A stretch of DNA of 64,000 nt from Candidatus Pacearchaeota archaeon (GTDB lineage Archaea; Nanobdellota; Nanobdellia; Pacearchaeales; GW2011-AR1). Of this stretch, positions 7,603 through 16,106 are shown one piece after another (within the stretch, counting starts at the first letter, position 1; the number at the start of each line of letters is the position of its first letter). Location of the stretch: assembly GCA_038740375.1 (NCBI GenBank), contig JAVYLW010000004.1, positions 28,067-92,066 on the forward strand. The letters run 5' to 3'. Under the pieces are notes generated by a model, which was given only the letters and a program-made list of their open reading frames with translations, was not told the DNA's origin and searched no databases. The position numbers and the translations under genes are program-made.

Positions 7603-9092
7603 TTTATATTTTTTACTTTGTTATTTAGCTTATTTCCCAAATCTTTTTCAATTTCATTTAATGTTTCGTATAATTGTTCATAATTTCCTAAAATTTCTTT
7701 TAAATTGTCTCCAAAAGAGATTATTGCAATTTCATTAGGATCGTTGTTTGATGCGTGAACTAGAAATTCTGTTTCATTTATTTTAAATATTGCATCATTA
7801 AAATCCTTGTATTTTTCATAACTTTTGTAATGTTCAACTATATCTTGAATTATTTTTTTATTTTCTTTTTCTGTTTTTATTCTTAACTCTTCGTGAGACT
7901 TTTTTAATCCTTTTTTTGCTTCATCTATTCTTTTCATTAATCCATCTTTTTTTTCTTTTTGAACAATTTCGTAGAATAATAGAGTTGTTTCTATTCCGTC
8001 ATCAATTCCTTCTTCGTTGTAATTATGTAAAGATATTTCAGAACCTCCTAACACAGCTCTATCTTCTTTTAATTCTAATATTTTTTCTATATGGCTAGGT
8101 CTTCCTCTTTTTACTGGAAAAATATCTATTTCATTTTTTAAATATTCATTAATCATAGCATAAAGACAATATTCTGCAACAAAAGCTGGTTTTTCTTTTC
8201 TTTTAGTATTATTTTTTTTGAATTTTTCTAATAAATATTTAGCTCTAACAGCAGTAATTATAGGAGAATCTATTAGTTCATTATTAACTGCAAGACCAAA
8301 TCTATCTCCATCTCCATCCACTATAGCGATAAAATCATAATTTTTTAATTTATTAACATCAATATTTTTCTTTAATAATTCAAAATTTACTTTTTTTAGA
8401 GGATCTGGACCTTCATTTTTATAATCCATATTAAAATAAGCATTAGGATATTGCCTTACTGCATCAAAGGAGTTTAATTTTAAGTTTGACATTATATCTT
8501 TAAAATAATGAAAAGAAATTCCTTGCATTGCATCATATAAAAAGTTTATTTTTGGACCTTTTTTTAAATGTTTAAATTTTTCTGTAATTATTTCAGAATA
8601 ATCTTTGTTTAAATTTGATTGAACGTAATATATATCTGGTTTTTTAACATTTTTCCAAGACTGTTGTATTAAACTCTCTAAATTTTTATTATTCTTTAAA
8701 ACTGAGTATTTATTTTGGAAAGCAATTTTAAAACCATTATATTCGCTTGGCTGATGTGATGCTGTTATAGTTACAGCACTTGTATTATATTTTCTTGTTG
8801 CATATTCAATTGTTTGAGTTAGATTATTATGACCTGCATCTAAAATTTTTATTTTATTTTGCAAGAATATTTTGGCTAATTTGTTCATTATATAAGGAGT
8901 GTTAATTCTTCCATCACCTGAAATTAAAATAATGTTTTGATTCTCTTCTTTTATTTTTTCAGATATTTTCTCAGAAATTTTATTTATATCTTCATCATCA
9001 ATATTTTTTTTTCTTACATCATATAATTCTAATTTTTTAGATTTCTCATAATTTCTTTTTCCTAATTCGTTAATAAATTCATTTATTTGCAT
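7593..9092 (-). CDS. Phosphoglucomutase/phosphomannomutase-family phosphohexomutase
   Basis: 499 aa. The catalytic serine loop is TITASHQPSEYNGFKI (TASHNP-type) and the metal-binding loop is AIVDGDGDRFGL. Confidence 0.8.
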   Translation of the reverse strand: MQINEFINELGKRNYEKSKKLELYDVRKKNIDDEDINKISEKISEKIKEENQNIILISGDGRINTPYIMNKLAKIFLQNKIKILDAGHNNLTQTIEYATRKYNTSAVTITASHQPSEYNGFKIAFQNKYSVLKNNKNLESLIQQSWKNVKKPDIYYVQSNLNKDYSEIITEKFKHLKKGPKINFLYDAMQGISFHYFKDIMSNLKLNSFDAVRQYPNAYFNMDYKNEGPDPLKKVNFELLKKNIDVNKLKNYDFIAIVDGDGDRFGLAVNNELIDSPIITAVRAKYLLEKFKKNNTKRKEKPAFVAEYCLYAMINEYLKNEIDIFPVKRGRPSHIEKILELKEDRAVLGGSEISLHNYNEEGIDDGIETTLLFYEIVQKEKKDGLMKRIDEAKKGLKKSHEELRIKTEKENKKIIQDIVEHYKSYEKYKDFNDAIFKINETEFLVHASNNDPNEIAIISFGDNLKEILGNYEQLYETLNEIEKDLGNKLNNKVKNIKWN

Positions 9093-9439
9093 AATCGAAA
9101 AAATTACATATAGAATTTATTAATTGCCAATATTTTTTTTAAATAAAATATTTTTAGATATTTTCATTATTTTAGTATAAAAAAATAATGATAAGATTTC
9201 GAAATATTCTTTATATTCTAAATATTGAATAAATAACTCAAAATTTAATTATAAATTATTAATTATATATTATTTAAGATAATTTTTAGATTTCATTAAA
9301 GATATATTTTTATTTTTCAAATTATATATTTTATTTTTACTAACTCTCAATTGAAAAAATTTATGTTTGTCATAAGTTTATGTGAAATAAATTTTTAATA
9401 AATTTTAATTTAGAATTTGAATTTAAAGATTTTTTATTT

Positions 9440-10570
9440 TTAAGCTAAGACTACTTTTTCTATATTGTATCTTTTATTGCTGAAATATTTTTTTATTTTT
9501 TGAAATATTTCTTCACTAGGATATAATCCAAGGACAGCTCCGCTTGATCCGGGAAATTTTGCATTTGCTCCAATATTTTGAACAATTCTTATGAGTTTTA
9601 CATCTTCTTCAGGTAAAATATTTTTGTCAAGGGAAACAGAAATTTCAAAATTTTCATCTATTATTTTTCCAAGTTCATAAACATCATAATTTAATATAGC
9701 TTTTTTTGCTAATTTTGATAAATATGTTAATCTTTTCATAGCATTTATAGTTTTTTCTTCTTTTTTTCTATAAGAATCCGCTCTATTAGATAGTTCTTTA
9801 GAGGAATCATTTCCATCTCCTTTAGTGATTATGAAAAAAGGTAATTCTTTTACTGGAATTTTTTCTATTTTTGGTATAGCAGTATATCTAACTTTTCCAT
9901 TATCTTCTACTGGTTGATTTTTTAGATAAGCCTCTTTTTTTGAGTAATCTAGATGAATAACTGCTTCGTTTAGAGCTAATAAATTTTCATTTTTTGATTC
10001 GCTTTTATAAGAATCCTTTGAAAAATCCATGTAGAGAAAATCTTCATTATTTACAGTTAATGAATCTTGAGGTCCTGCAATTCTTTCTAATTCATGAGTT
10101 TCTGCATGTAAAGCCATTGCTTCAAAATCTCTTGGATGAATGTTTGTTTTATAAAATTCGTCTAATGCTCTTAAAATAGATATAGATAGTGCAGTTGAAC
10201 CTGAAAATCCACATGAGTATGGAATGTTTGATTTATATTCTAGTTTAAAAGGTTTTATATCAAAATCTATATTGTTTAATTTACAAAAGTCAAAAAAAGT
10301 TTTTATAACTGCTAAAGCTAATTTATGTTTTTCTAAACTATTGTTAAATTCTTTTGTCGGAAATAATGCAAATATCTTTTTAAGTAAATTAATATTTTTA
10401 ATCTTTAGAATACTTTTATAATTCTTTAAAATAAATTTATTAGAACTTTTTATTGTAGATTCTGTTTTAAAGTTTAAAAAGCAAGCAGATATGCAACTGC
10501 CCCAAAAACCATCAGAAGGATTTCCTGCTATTGATATTCTAGGATATGCTATTTTTTTAATCATTTTCAA
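9440..10570 (-). CDS. GHMP-family sugar kinase, glucuronokinase-like
   Basis: 376 aa. GHMP motif 2 is NIPYSCGFSGSTALSISIL and motif 3 is AKFPGSSGAVLGLY. RISIAGNPSDGFWG, IAGPQD and YMDFSKD resemble the plant glucuronokinase subgroup as I remember it. Confidence 0.65.
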   Translation of the reverse strand: MKMIKKIAYPRISIAGNPSDGFWGSCISACFLNFKTESTIKSSNKFILKNYKSILKIKNINLLKKIFALFPTKEFNNSLEKHKLALAVIKTFFDFCKLNNIDFDIKPFKLEYKSNIPYSCGFSGSTALSISILRALDEFYKTNIHPRDFEAMALHAETHELERIAGPQDSLTVNNEDFLYMDFSKDSYKSESKNENLLALNEAVIHLDYSKKEAYLKNQPVEDNGKVRYTAIPKIEKIPVKELPFFIITKGDGNDSSKELSNRADSYRKKEEKTINAMKRLTYLSKLAKKAILNYDVYELGKIIDENFEISVSLDKNILPEEDVKLIRIVQNIGANAKFPGSSGAVLGLYPSEEIFQKIKKYFSNKRYNIEKVVLA

Positions 10571-11600
10571 ATTTTTTTATATTTTTAGATATGTACATAT
10601 TATATAGTCTATCTTCAAAATTACAATTTTTACATTTTGTGTATTTTTTTAAGTTGTCTCTGATAATTTTAGTTTTTTTCCATAATTTTTTAAATGACAT
10701 AAAATTATGAATATTTTCGAGAAAATATGTAGCATGGAAGTTTGGTTGAGCTTGAAGACAACAAGGAAATACATTTCCATGCATATCTATTGCTATTCTT
10801 TTATATGAAACAAAACATCCATATTTTGATATATTTGGTAAAAATCTTTCTTCAAATCTAGGATTAATATAAAAGTTTTTATCATTATATTTTTCTACGA
10901 GATTTCTTAAGATACGTTCTAATTTTTTAGATTTTTTCTTTTTTTTAATTATGTCATTTTTTATTTCTATTAAATTTATTCCTAGATTTTTCGCTCTTTT
11001 AATTGTATATTCTAAATCTTTGCTACATTCATTAATTAACATTAAACTTATTCCAGTTATTTTATTTTTCCCTGTTCTTAATTTGGTTAATTTTTTTAAA
11101 TTATTTATGACCCTCTCTAAAAATTTTTTGTTTACACCTCTTATTTTTGTATAATTTTCAACTTTAAAGCTGTCTATACTGATTCTTATTTCTTTAAGGT
11201 TGAATAAAATGTTTTTGTTTAAATTATTTATATAATATCCGTTTGTGATCAGTCTTGTTTTAAAATTTAATTTTATTGAAAAATCTAATATTTTTGATAT
11301 ATCTTTATATAACAGAGGTTCTCCGCCTCCTGAAAATGAAATTTTTTTTATATTAAGTTTTTTAAATTCTTTTAAAAGTTCGAATATTTCAGAAGTTTTT
11401 AGAATTTTATTTTTGTTTTTTTGTTTGAATTTGTTATATTTGTTGGATTTATTGAAACAATAAATGCATTTAGAATTACATTTGTCTGTAAGATGAAACT
11501 CTACTGTATCTGGATAAGGATCGTTCCTTATTATATTATCTATTTTTTTTTGAAACTGTTTTTCAATATTGTATAGATTTGCAATTTTTATTTTTTCCAT
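10557..11600 (-). CDS. Radical SAM enzyme with C-terminal auxiliary Cys cluster (twitch/SPASM-like)
   Basis: 347 aa. The Cx3Cx2C motif is in LTDKCNSKCIYCFNK and a GGEP motif is in SFSGGGEPLLY. C-terminal cysteines are GCF..x18..PCC and CKNC. It overlaps ino1 by 38 nt and the kinase gene by 14 nt. Confidence 0.8.
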   Translation of the reverse strand: MEKIKIANLYNIEKQFQKKIDNIIRNDPYPDTVEFHLTDKCNSKCIYCFNKSNKYNKFKQKNKNKILKTSEIFELLKEFKKLNIKKISFSGGGEPLLYKDISKILDFSIKLNFKTRLITNGYYINNLNKNILFNLKEIRISIDSFKVENYTKIRGVNKKFLERVINNLKKLTKLRTGKNKITGISLMLINECSKDLEYTIKRAKNLGINLIEIKNDIIKKKKKSKKLERILRNLVEKYNDKNFYINPRFEERFLPNISKYGCFVSYKRIAIDMHGNVFPCCLQAQPNFHATYFLENIHNFMSFKKLWKKTKIIRDNLKKYTKCKNCNFEDRLYNMYISKNIKKFEND

Positions 11601-12684
11601 ATTTTTTTATAAAATTTTCAAAATCTTCTTTTGATTTTTCATCTGTTTTTTGAATTGGAGGATGTTTAAATGCAAAAGAACATATATCATATAATGGTCC
11701 TTTTAATCCTGAATCCATTGCAATTTTAACAGCTCTTATAACATCTATCATTACACCTGCACTGTTTGGACTATCTTCAACACTTAGTTTTAGTTCGAGA
11801 GTAACCGGAGCATTTCCAAAATTTTCACCTTCTATTCTTATATAACATATCTTATTGTCTTTTTGCCATGGAATATAGTCACTTGGACCTATGTGTATAT
11901 TATTTTTTTCTAATCTTTGTTTTAACTGACTTTGAACTGATTCAGTTTTGCTAATCTTTTTTAAACCTAATCTTTCTTTTGCTAGCATGTTTAAAAAATC
12001 AGTATTTCCTCCAAAATTTAATTGATACGTTCTTAATATTTTGACACCTCTTGATTCAAATAAATGGACTAAAACTCTATGCAAAATTGTTGCTCCGATT
12101 TGAGCTTTTATATCGTCACCAGCACAAATTAAACCTTTTTTTTCAAATTTTTCAGCCCAATTACTATCAGAGCAAATAAATACAGGCATTGCATTTATAA
12201 AAGCGGTGTTTGATTCTAAACATGCATTAGCATAATACTCTACTGCTTTTTGTGAACCAACCGGAAGATAACATATTAACATGTCTGGTTTTATTTTTCT
12301 TAAAACCTCTTTGACATTTACAGGTTTTTCATCTGATTCTACAAATCTTTCATTTTCAGGATATTCTAACATATGTTTCGAAAATCCGTCTAATGTTGGA
12401 CCTCTATTTACAATTACATTTGTCTTTGGAATTTTATGTACTAAATTTAATGTGTTATTAGGTTTAGCATATATAGCTTCACTTAAATCAAAACCTACTT
12501 TTCTTTTGTCAATATCAAAAGCAGCTACAACTTCTATGTCTTTTATTTCATATTCACCTATTTTTGTGTGAAGAATACCTGGAATTATTTCATTTGGATT
12601 TATGTTTTTATATAAATGTAAACCTTGTATAAGACTGCTAGCACAATTTCCTATACCTGCTAGAGCTATTTTGATTTTCTTCAT
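11563..12684 (-). CDS. ino1: myo-Inositol-1-phosphate (inositol-3-phosphate) synthase
   Basis: 373 aa. KIALAGIGNCASSLIQGL, VVAAFDIDKRKVGFDLSEAIYAKPNN and the overall layout match the actinobacterial/archaeal Ino1 type as I recall it (VGNCASSLVQG, AAFDVD.KKVG.DL..AI). Confidence 0.85.
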   Translation of the reverse strand: MKKIKIALAGIGNCASSLIQGLHLYKNINPNEIIPGILHTKIGEYEIKDIEVVAAFDIDKRKVGFDLSEAIYAKPNNTLNLVHKIPKTNVIVNRGPTLDGFSKHMLEYPENERFVESDEKPVNVKEVLRKIKPDMLICYLPVGSQKAVEYYANACLESNTAFINAMPVFICSDSNWAEKFEKKGLICAGDDIKAQIGATILHRVLVHLFESRGVKILRTYQLNFGGNTDFLNMLAKERLGLKKISKTESVQSQLKQRLEKNNIHIGPSDYIPWQKDNKICYIRIEGENFGNAPVTLELKLSVEDSPNSAGVMIDVIRAVKIAMDSGLKGPLYDICSFAFKHPPIQKTDEKSKEDFENFIKKYGKNKNCKSIQY

Positions 12685-12871
12685 TAAATAATTAATTTAA
12701 AAATGTGTTATATTATTTATCAATATTTTTAATAATTAGAAATATTGAATATATATTTTGTTTTTATTAAGAAATTCTTTTAATTAATAGATAAACTATT
12801 TTTATTTAGAATTTAGTTATCTAATAGATTAATAAATATTGATAATAGAATTTTTTTATAAAAATTATTTT

Positions 12872-13030
12872 TTAAATCTTTAACAAAAAATTCAGGCCTT
12901 TTTAAAGGGAAGATGAATTGCATTATGATTAAAGAGCAATGAAATATATAGAGAGTCAAGAAATACACCATAATCTTATTTTTAGGCTAATAAGGATAGC
13001 TATTCCCTTTAGTTGACAGAAGATGTCGTT
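12872..13030 (+). mobile_element. MITE-like repeat, copy 2 of 4
   Basis: TTAAATCTTTAACAAAAAATTCAGGCCTTTTTAAAGGGAAGATGAATTGCATTATGATTAAAGAGCAATGAAATATATAGAGAGTCAAGAAATACACCATAAT...GGCTAATAAGGATAGCTATTCCCTTTAGTTGACAGAAGATGTCGT is collinear with the other copies. Confidence 0.6.
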
Positions 13031-13046
13031 TAAAAAAATGTAATAA

Positions 13047-13511
13047 TCATTTTTTATAATAGTGATTTTTAATCATTTCAAATAGTTTTTTTGCAAGTGG
13101 GTCATTAGAATATAAATTTGTTTGACTTTGCATTGGAGGTGAATAATCTTCTTCATCTGAAAGTGATTCAGGATTGTTAATATGATAATTATAACTTTCA
13201 AATAATATATCTTTTTTTGGATTTTTTATTACAGTTCTATAAAAATCTCTTCCTCTTTCTGATTTAAAATGAATGTCTTCGCCTGTAAATTCCACAATAT
13301 ATTTTATTTCTCCTTTAAAAAATAAACTCAATCCTTTTTTAATTATTTCTTTTTTTCCATTATGACATAATCCTGGATCGTGAAAAAGTTTTTCGTTAAC
13401 TATATAGTATCCTTCCTCGTTAGCTATTTTTTCAATACCTTTGAAAACTTCATCATAAGTAAAATATGCAGGTATGCTCTCTACTGGTTGGAAATTATAT
13501 TCTTTTTCCAT
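13047..13511 (-). CDS. Hypothetical protein
   Basis: 154-aa ORF with non-repetitive, balanced composition. I recognise no motif. Confidence 0.45.
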   Translation of the reverse strand: MEKEYNFQPVESIPAYFTYDEVFKGIEKIANEEGYYIVNEKLFHDPGLCHNGKKEIIKKGLSLFFKGEIKYIVEFTGEDIHFKSERGRDFYRTVIKNPKKDILFESYNYHINNPESLSDEEDYSPPMQSQTNLYSNDPLAKKLFEMIKNHYYKK

Positions 13512-13675
13512 CTTATTTTTAATTTCTTCTTATTTTATATAAGTTGTCAATTGTGAATATAATAATTATATATATCACTTTATAAATATATTTTTATATA
13601 TTTTCACTATTGAATATATTGAGAAAATTTTAAATATAGTGATTTTTTAATTATTAAATAAATCCTGCTAAAAAA

Positions 13676-14674
13676 ATGAAAAGAAAAATTATTAAGCAGG
13701 GGCATAATACTCTAACAATAACTTTGCCAACAGAGTGGACAAGGAAACTTAATCTTTCCGCAGGAGACGAAGTTGATTTAGTGGAAGATGGCGGTTGTTT
13801 ATGTATAAACGGAAAACAACGTAACGGATTTAAATCTACTACTATTGATATTACAGGATTTACAGTTCCTTTAATATGGAGATATTTTCAATCTGCATAT
13901 AGAGAAGGTTGTGATGAAATTATATTGAAATATGATAAAAATCAAAAAGATTATGAAAATGTTTACAATTTTTATGCTTCTCATTTTGAATATGCTCGAT
14001 TTGGAGAAAAACCTTTGAAAAAACCTGCTTTAGAAACTATAACAGACCTTGTTAATAGATTTATTAATGTGGAAATAATTGAACATGGAGAAGGTTATTG
14101 TATTATTAGAGAAATGGGTGAAATTTCAAGTAAAGAGTTTGATAATTCCTTAAGAAGAATCTTTTTATTGTTATTAGATTTATTTGATAAAATTATAAGT
14201 TTAATAAAGGAAAATAAAATAGGAGATATAAGAATATGCAAGACAATACATGCTATGGATATTAATATTGATAGGTTTATTGATTATTGTTGTAGGATAA
14301 ATAATAAAATTAAAGACTCTAGTTTTCAAAAAAATAAACCAATAATGTTTTCTACACTATTTTTATTAGAATTGTTAGGAGATGAGTTTAAGTATATAGG
14401 TGCTCATCTTGCAAGATCTCATAAAAAAATTGATGAAGTATTGCCTTTTGCTGAGAAAGTTAAAGAGCATTTTGAAATGTATTATCATTTATTTTATAAG
14501 TTTAATAGAGAATCTGAAATACAAATAGGATTAAATGACTTAAAAATTTATAACGAACATTTTAAATGGAAAGATTCTAAGAATAAAGATGCTAATAGTA
14601 TTAGGCAACATCTTATGCAGATTTCTAAATTTACATGGTGCCTTAATGAACTTAGAATTGAAATGGAGTTTTAA
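13676..14674 (+). CDS. AbrB/SpoVT-type DNA-binding domain fused to PhoU-like domain (archaeal phosphate-uptake-regulator-like)
   Basis: 332 aa. The N-terminal swapped-hairpin motif is RKIIKQGHNTLTITLPTEWTRKLNLSAGDEVDLVEDGG. It is followed by a helical repeat region of PhoU-like size. This architecture is common in archaea (COG0704-like). Confidence 0.65.
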   Translation: MKRKIIKQGHNTLTITLPTEWTRKLNLSAGDEVDLVEDGGCLCINGKQRNGFKSTTIDITGFTVPLIWRYFQSAYREGCDEIILKYDKNQKDYENVYNFYASHFEYARFGEKPLKKPALETITDLVNRFINVEIIEHGEGYCIIREMGEISSKEFDNSLRRIFLLLLDLFDKIISLIKENKIGDIRICKTIHAMDINIDRFIDYCCRINNKIKDSSFQKNKPIMFSTLFLLELLGDEFKYIGAHLARSHKKIDEVLPFAEKVKEHFEMYYHLFYKFNRESEIQIGLNDLKIYNEHFKWKDSKNKDANSIRQHLMQISKFTWCLNELRIEMEF

Positions 14675-14836
14675 GATTTAGATAGATTTTTTTATAATTT
14701 TATTAATTTATTAATACATATATCTTGTATTTTGTTTATTTTATTTTGCAAAAATTTTATATAGATTTTGTTTTTTTAATAGATTTTTATTTTTATAAGA
14801 TTTTTAGATTAAAAAAGTGTGATATTTAGTAAGATA

Positions 14837-14844
14837 TTTATATC
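14837..14844 (+). promoter_or_regulatory. Candidate archaeal TATA box for tRNA-Gln
   Basis: TTTATATC is centred about 27 nt upstream of the mature tRNA 5' end at 14867, which is the spacing expected for archaeal TBP/TFB promoters. Confidence 0.35.
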
Positions 14845-14866
14845 AATTTTTGTTAAATCTTTGTAT

Positions 14867-14939
14867 AGCCCTGTAGTATAGCGGTCAAGTATACAGGACT
14901 CTGGCTCCTGTGACCCAGGTTCGAATCCTGGCAGGGCTA
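14867..14939 (+). tRNA. tRNA-Gln (anticodon CUG)
   Basis: 73 nt, folded by hand. The acceptor pairs AGCCCTG/CAGGGCT, the anticodon arm is CAGGA-CTCTGGC-TCCTG and the T arm is CCAGG-TTCGAAT-CCTGG. It is a GC-rich island in AT-rich DNA. No CCA is encoded. Confidence 0.9.
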
Positions 14940-15061
14940 TGAAAATAAGTTCATAAAAAGTGAATTAGAAAATAAATCTATATCTATTTGTTATAATAAC
15001 TTTTTCTTTATAATATTCAAATTCTAATAAGGTTTAAATATTTAATATTATTAATTTACAT

Positions 15062-15310
15062 ATGGAAGGTAAATTAATTGGAGAAGTTTTTAACTTTTTT
15101 GAGCATGTTGGAGTAATTGCAGTTGAACTCAAAGAAAATCTTAAAGTTGGAGACACTATAAGAGTTGTTGGAGGTGAAAGAGACTTTAAAGAAGTTGTTA
15201 AAAGTATGCAGATTGAAGGAAAAAATGTCACAGAAGCTAAAAAAGGAGATAGAGTTGGAATTAAAGTAAGTGAAAAAGCTCATAAAGGATATAAAGTTTA
15301 TAAAGTTTAA
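15062..15310 (+). CDS. Small EF-Tu domain-2-like beta-barrel protein
   Basis: 82 aa. GEVFNFFEHVGVIAVELKENLKVGDTIRVVG..IEGKNVTEAKKGDRVGIKV resembles the translation-factor domain II barrel. The two antisense track ORFs over it look spurious. Confidence 0.5.
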   Translation: MEGKLIGEVFNFFEHVGVIAVELKENLKVGDTIRVVGGERDFKEVVKSMQIEGKNVTEAKKGDRVGIKVSEKAHKGYKVYKV

Positions 15311-15553
15311 TTAAATATTTGATAAGAAAAATATCTATTTTGGAATTTAAATATTAGAGAATTTAGATGAGCGTTTTTTTTAAAAAATATATTTTTATTT
15401 GTGATAGATTCATTATTTTTTATTTTACTCTTAATTTTTATTTTTTACATTTTCTTTTTTATAATAACTTATATTAACATATAAAAGTATTTAAAAAACA
15501 AATTTTATGAGATATTAGTTTATTATTTAAGTAAATAAAGTTAAAATTATTCT

Positions 15554-15626
15554 GCCCCTATAGTGTAGAGGCCAAGCATACAGCCTTCTCAAGGCTGTGA
15601 CCCGGGTTCGAATCCCGGTGGGGGCA
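15554..15626 (+). tRNA. tRNA-Glu (anticodon CUC)
   Basis: 73 nt. The acceptor pairs GCCCCTA/TGGGGGC, the anticodon arm is CAGCC-TTCTCAA-GGCTG and the T arm is CCGGG-TTCGAAT-CCCGG. Confidence 0.9.
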
Positions 15627-16106
15627 TTAATCTTTATAATTAAATCCTCGAAAGAAAATTAATGACTAAGAAATTGTTTAGTTTTATGTTAAAAAAGAAG
15701 TTAAAATTTTAAGATTTTTTAAAATTACAAATAATATATTAATAATTATTATAATTATTTATGTTTAATATTAGGATAACTTAAAATTTAATTCATTTAA
15801 TATTCTAGACAACAATAAGAATGAAATCCTCCTCCACCTAATAAGGGTGTAGGTTTCCGTGATGCTTTTTTTAGAGTTCTTACATCAAACTCAGTAATAT
15901 TAATTAAATAAATAAAAATAAATTATTTTAACTATCTATGTTTGATATTAAGATAGCTTAAGATTCTTACTTTATTAAAATTAAGATATATCAAATTAAA
16001 GAATTAAAGAAGAAAAATTAAATTTTTTTATGATTTAGAACACCCGTTAATGTTACAATACACATTTTTAGAAAAGTTTAAATACTAATATCTGTTTTTT
16101 TAATTA

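Noticed and set aside
15367-15477. 36-codon hydrophobic micro-ORF (MSVFFKKYIFICDRFIIFYFTLNFYFLHFLFYNNLY) between the EF-Tu-D2-like gene and tRNA-Glu.
   Set aside because: The composition is what random AT-rich DNA yields (Phe/Tyr/Ile/Asn). There is no RBS and no motif.
15828-15840. The TCCTCCTCCACCT stretch looked like a fragment of the 16S rRNA 3' end or a strong reverse-strand SD (GGTGGAGGAGGA).
   Set aside because: There is no flanking rRNA-like sequence. On the minus strand no start codon with an open frame follows at SD distance, since a stop occurs within a few codons.
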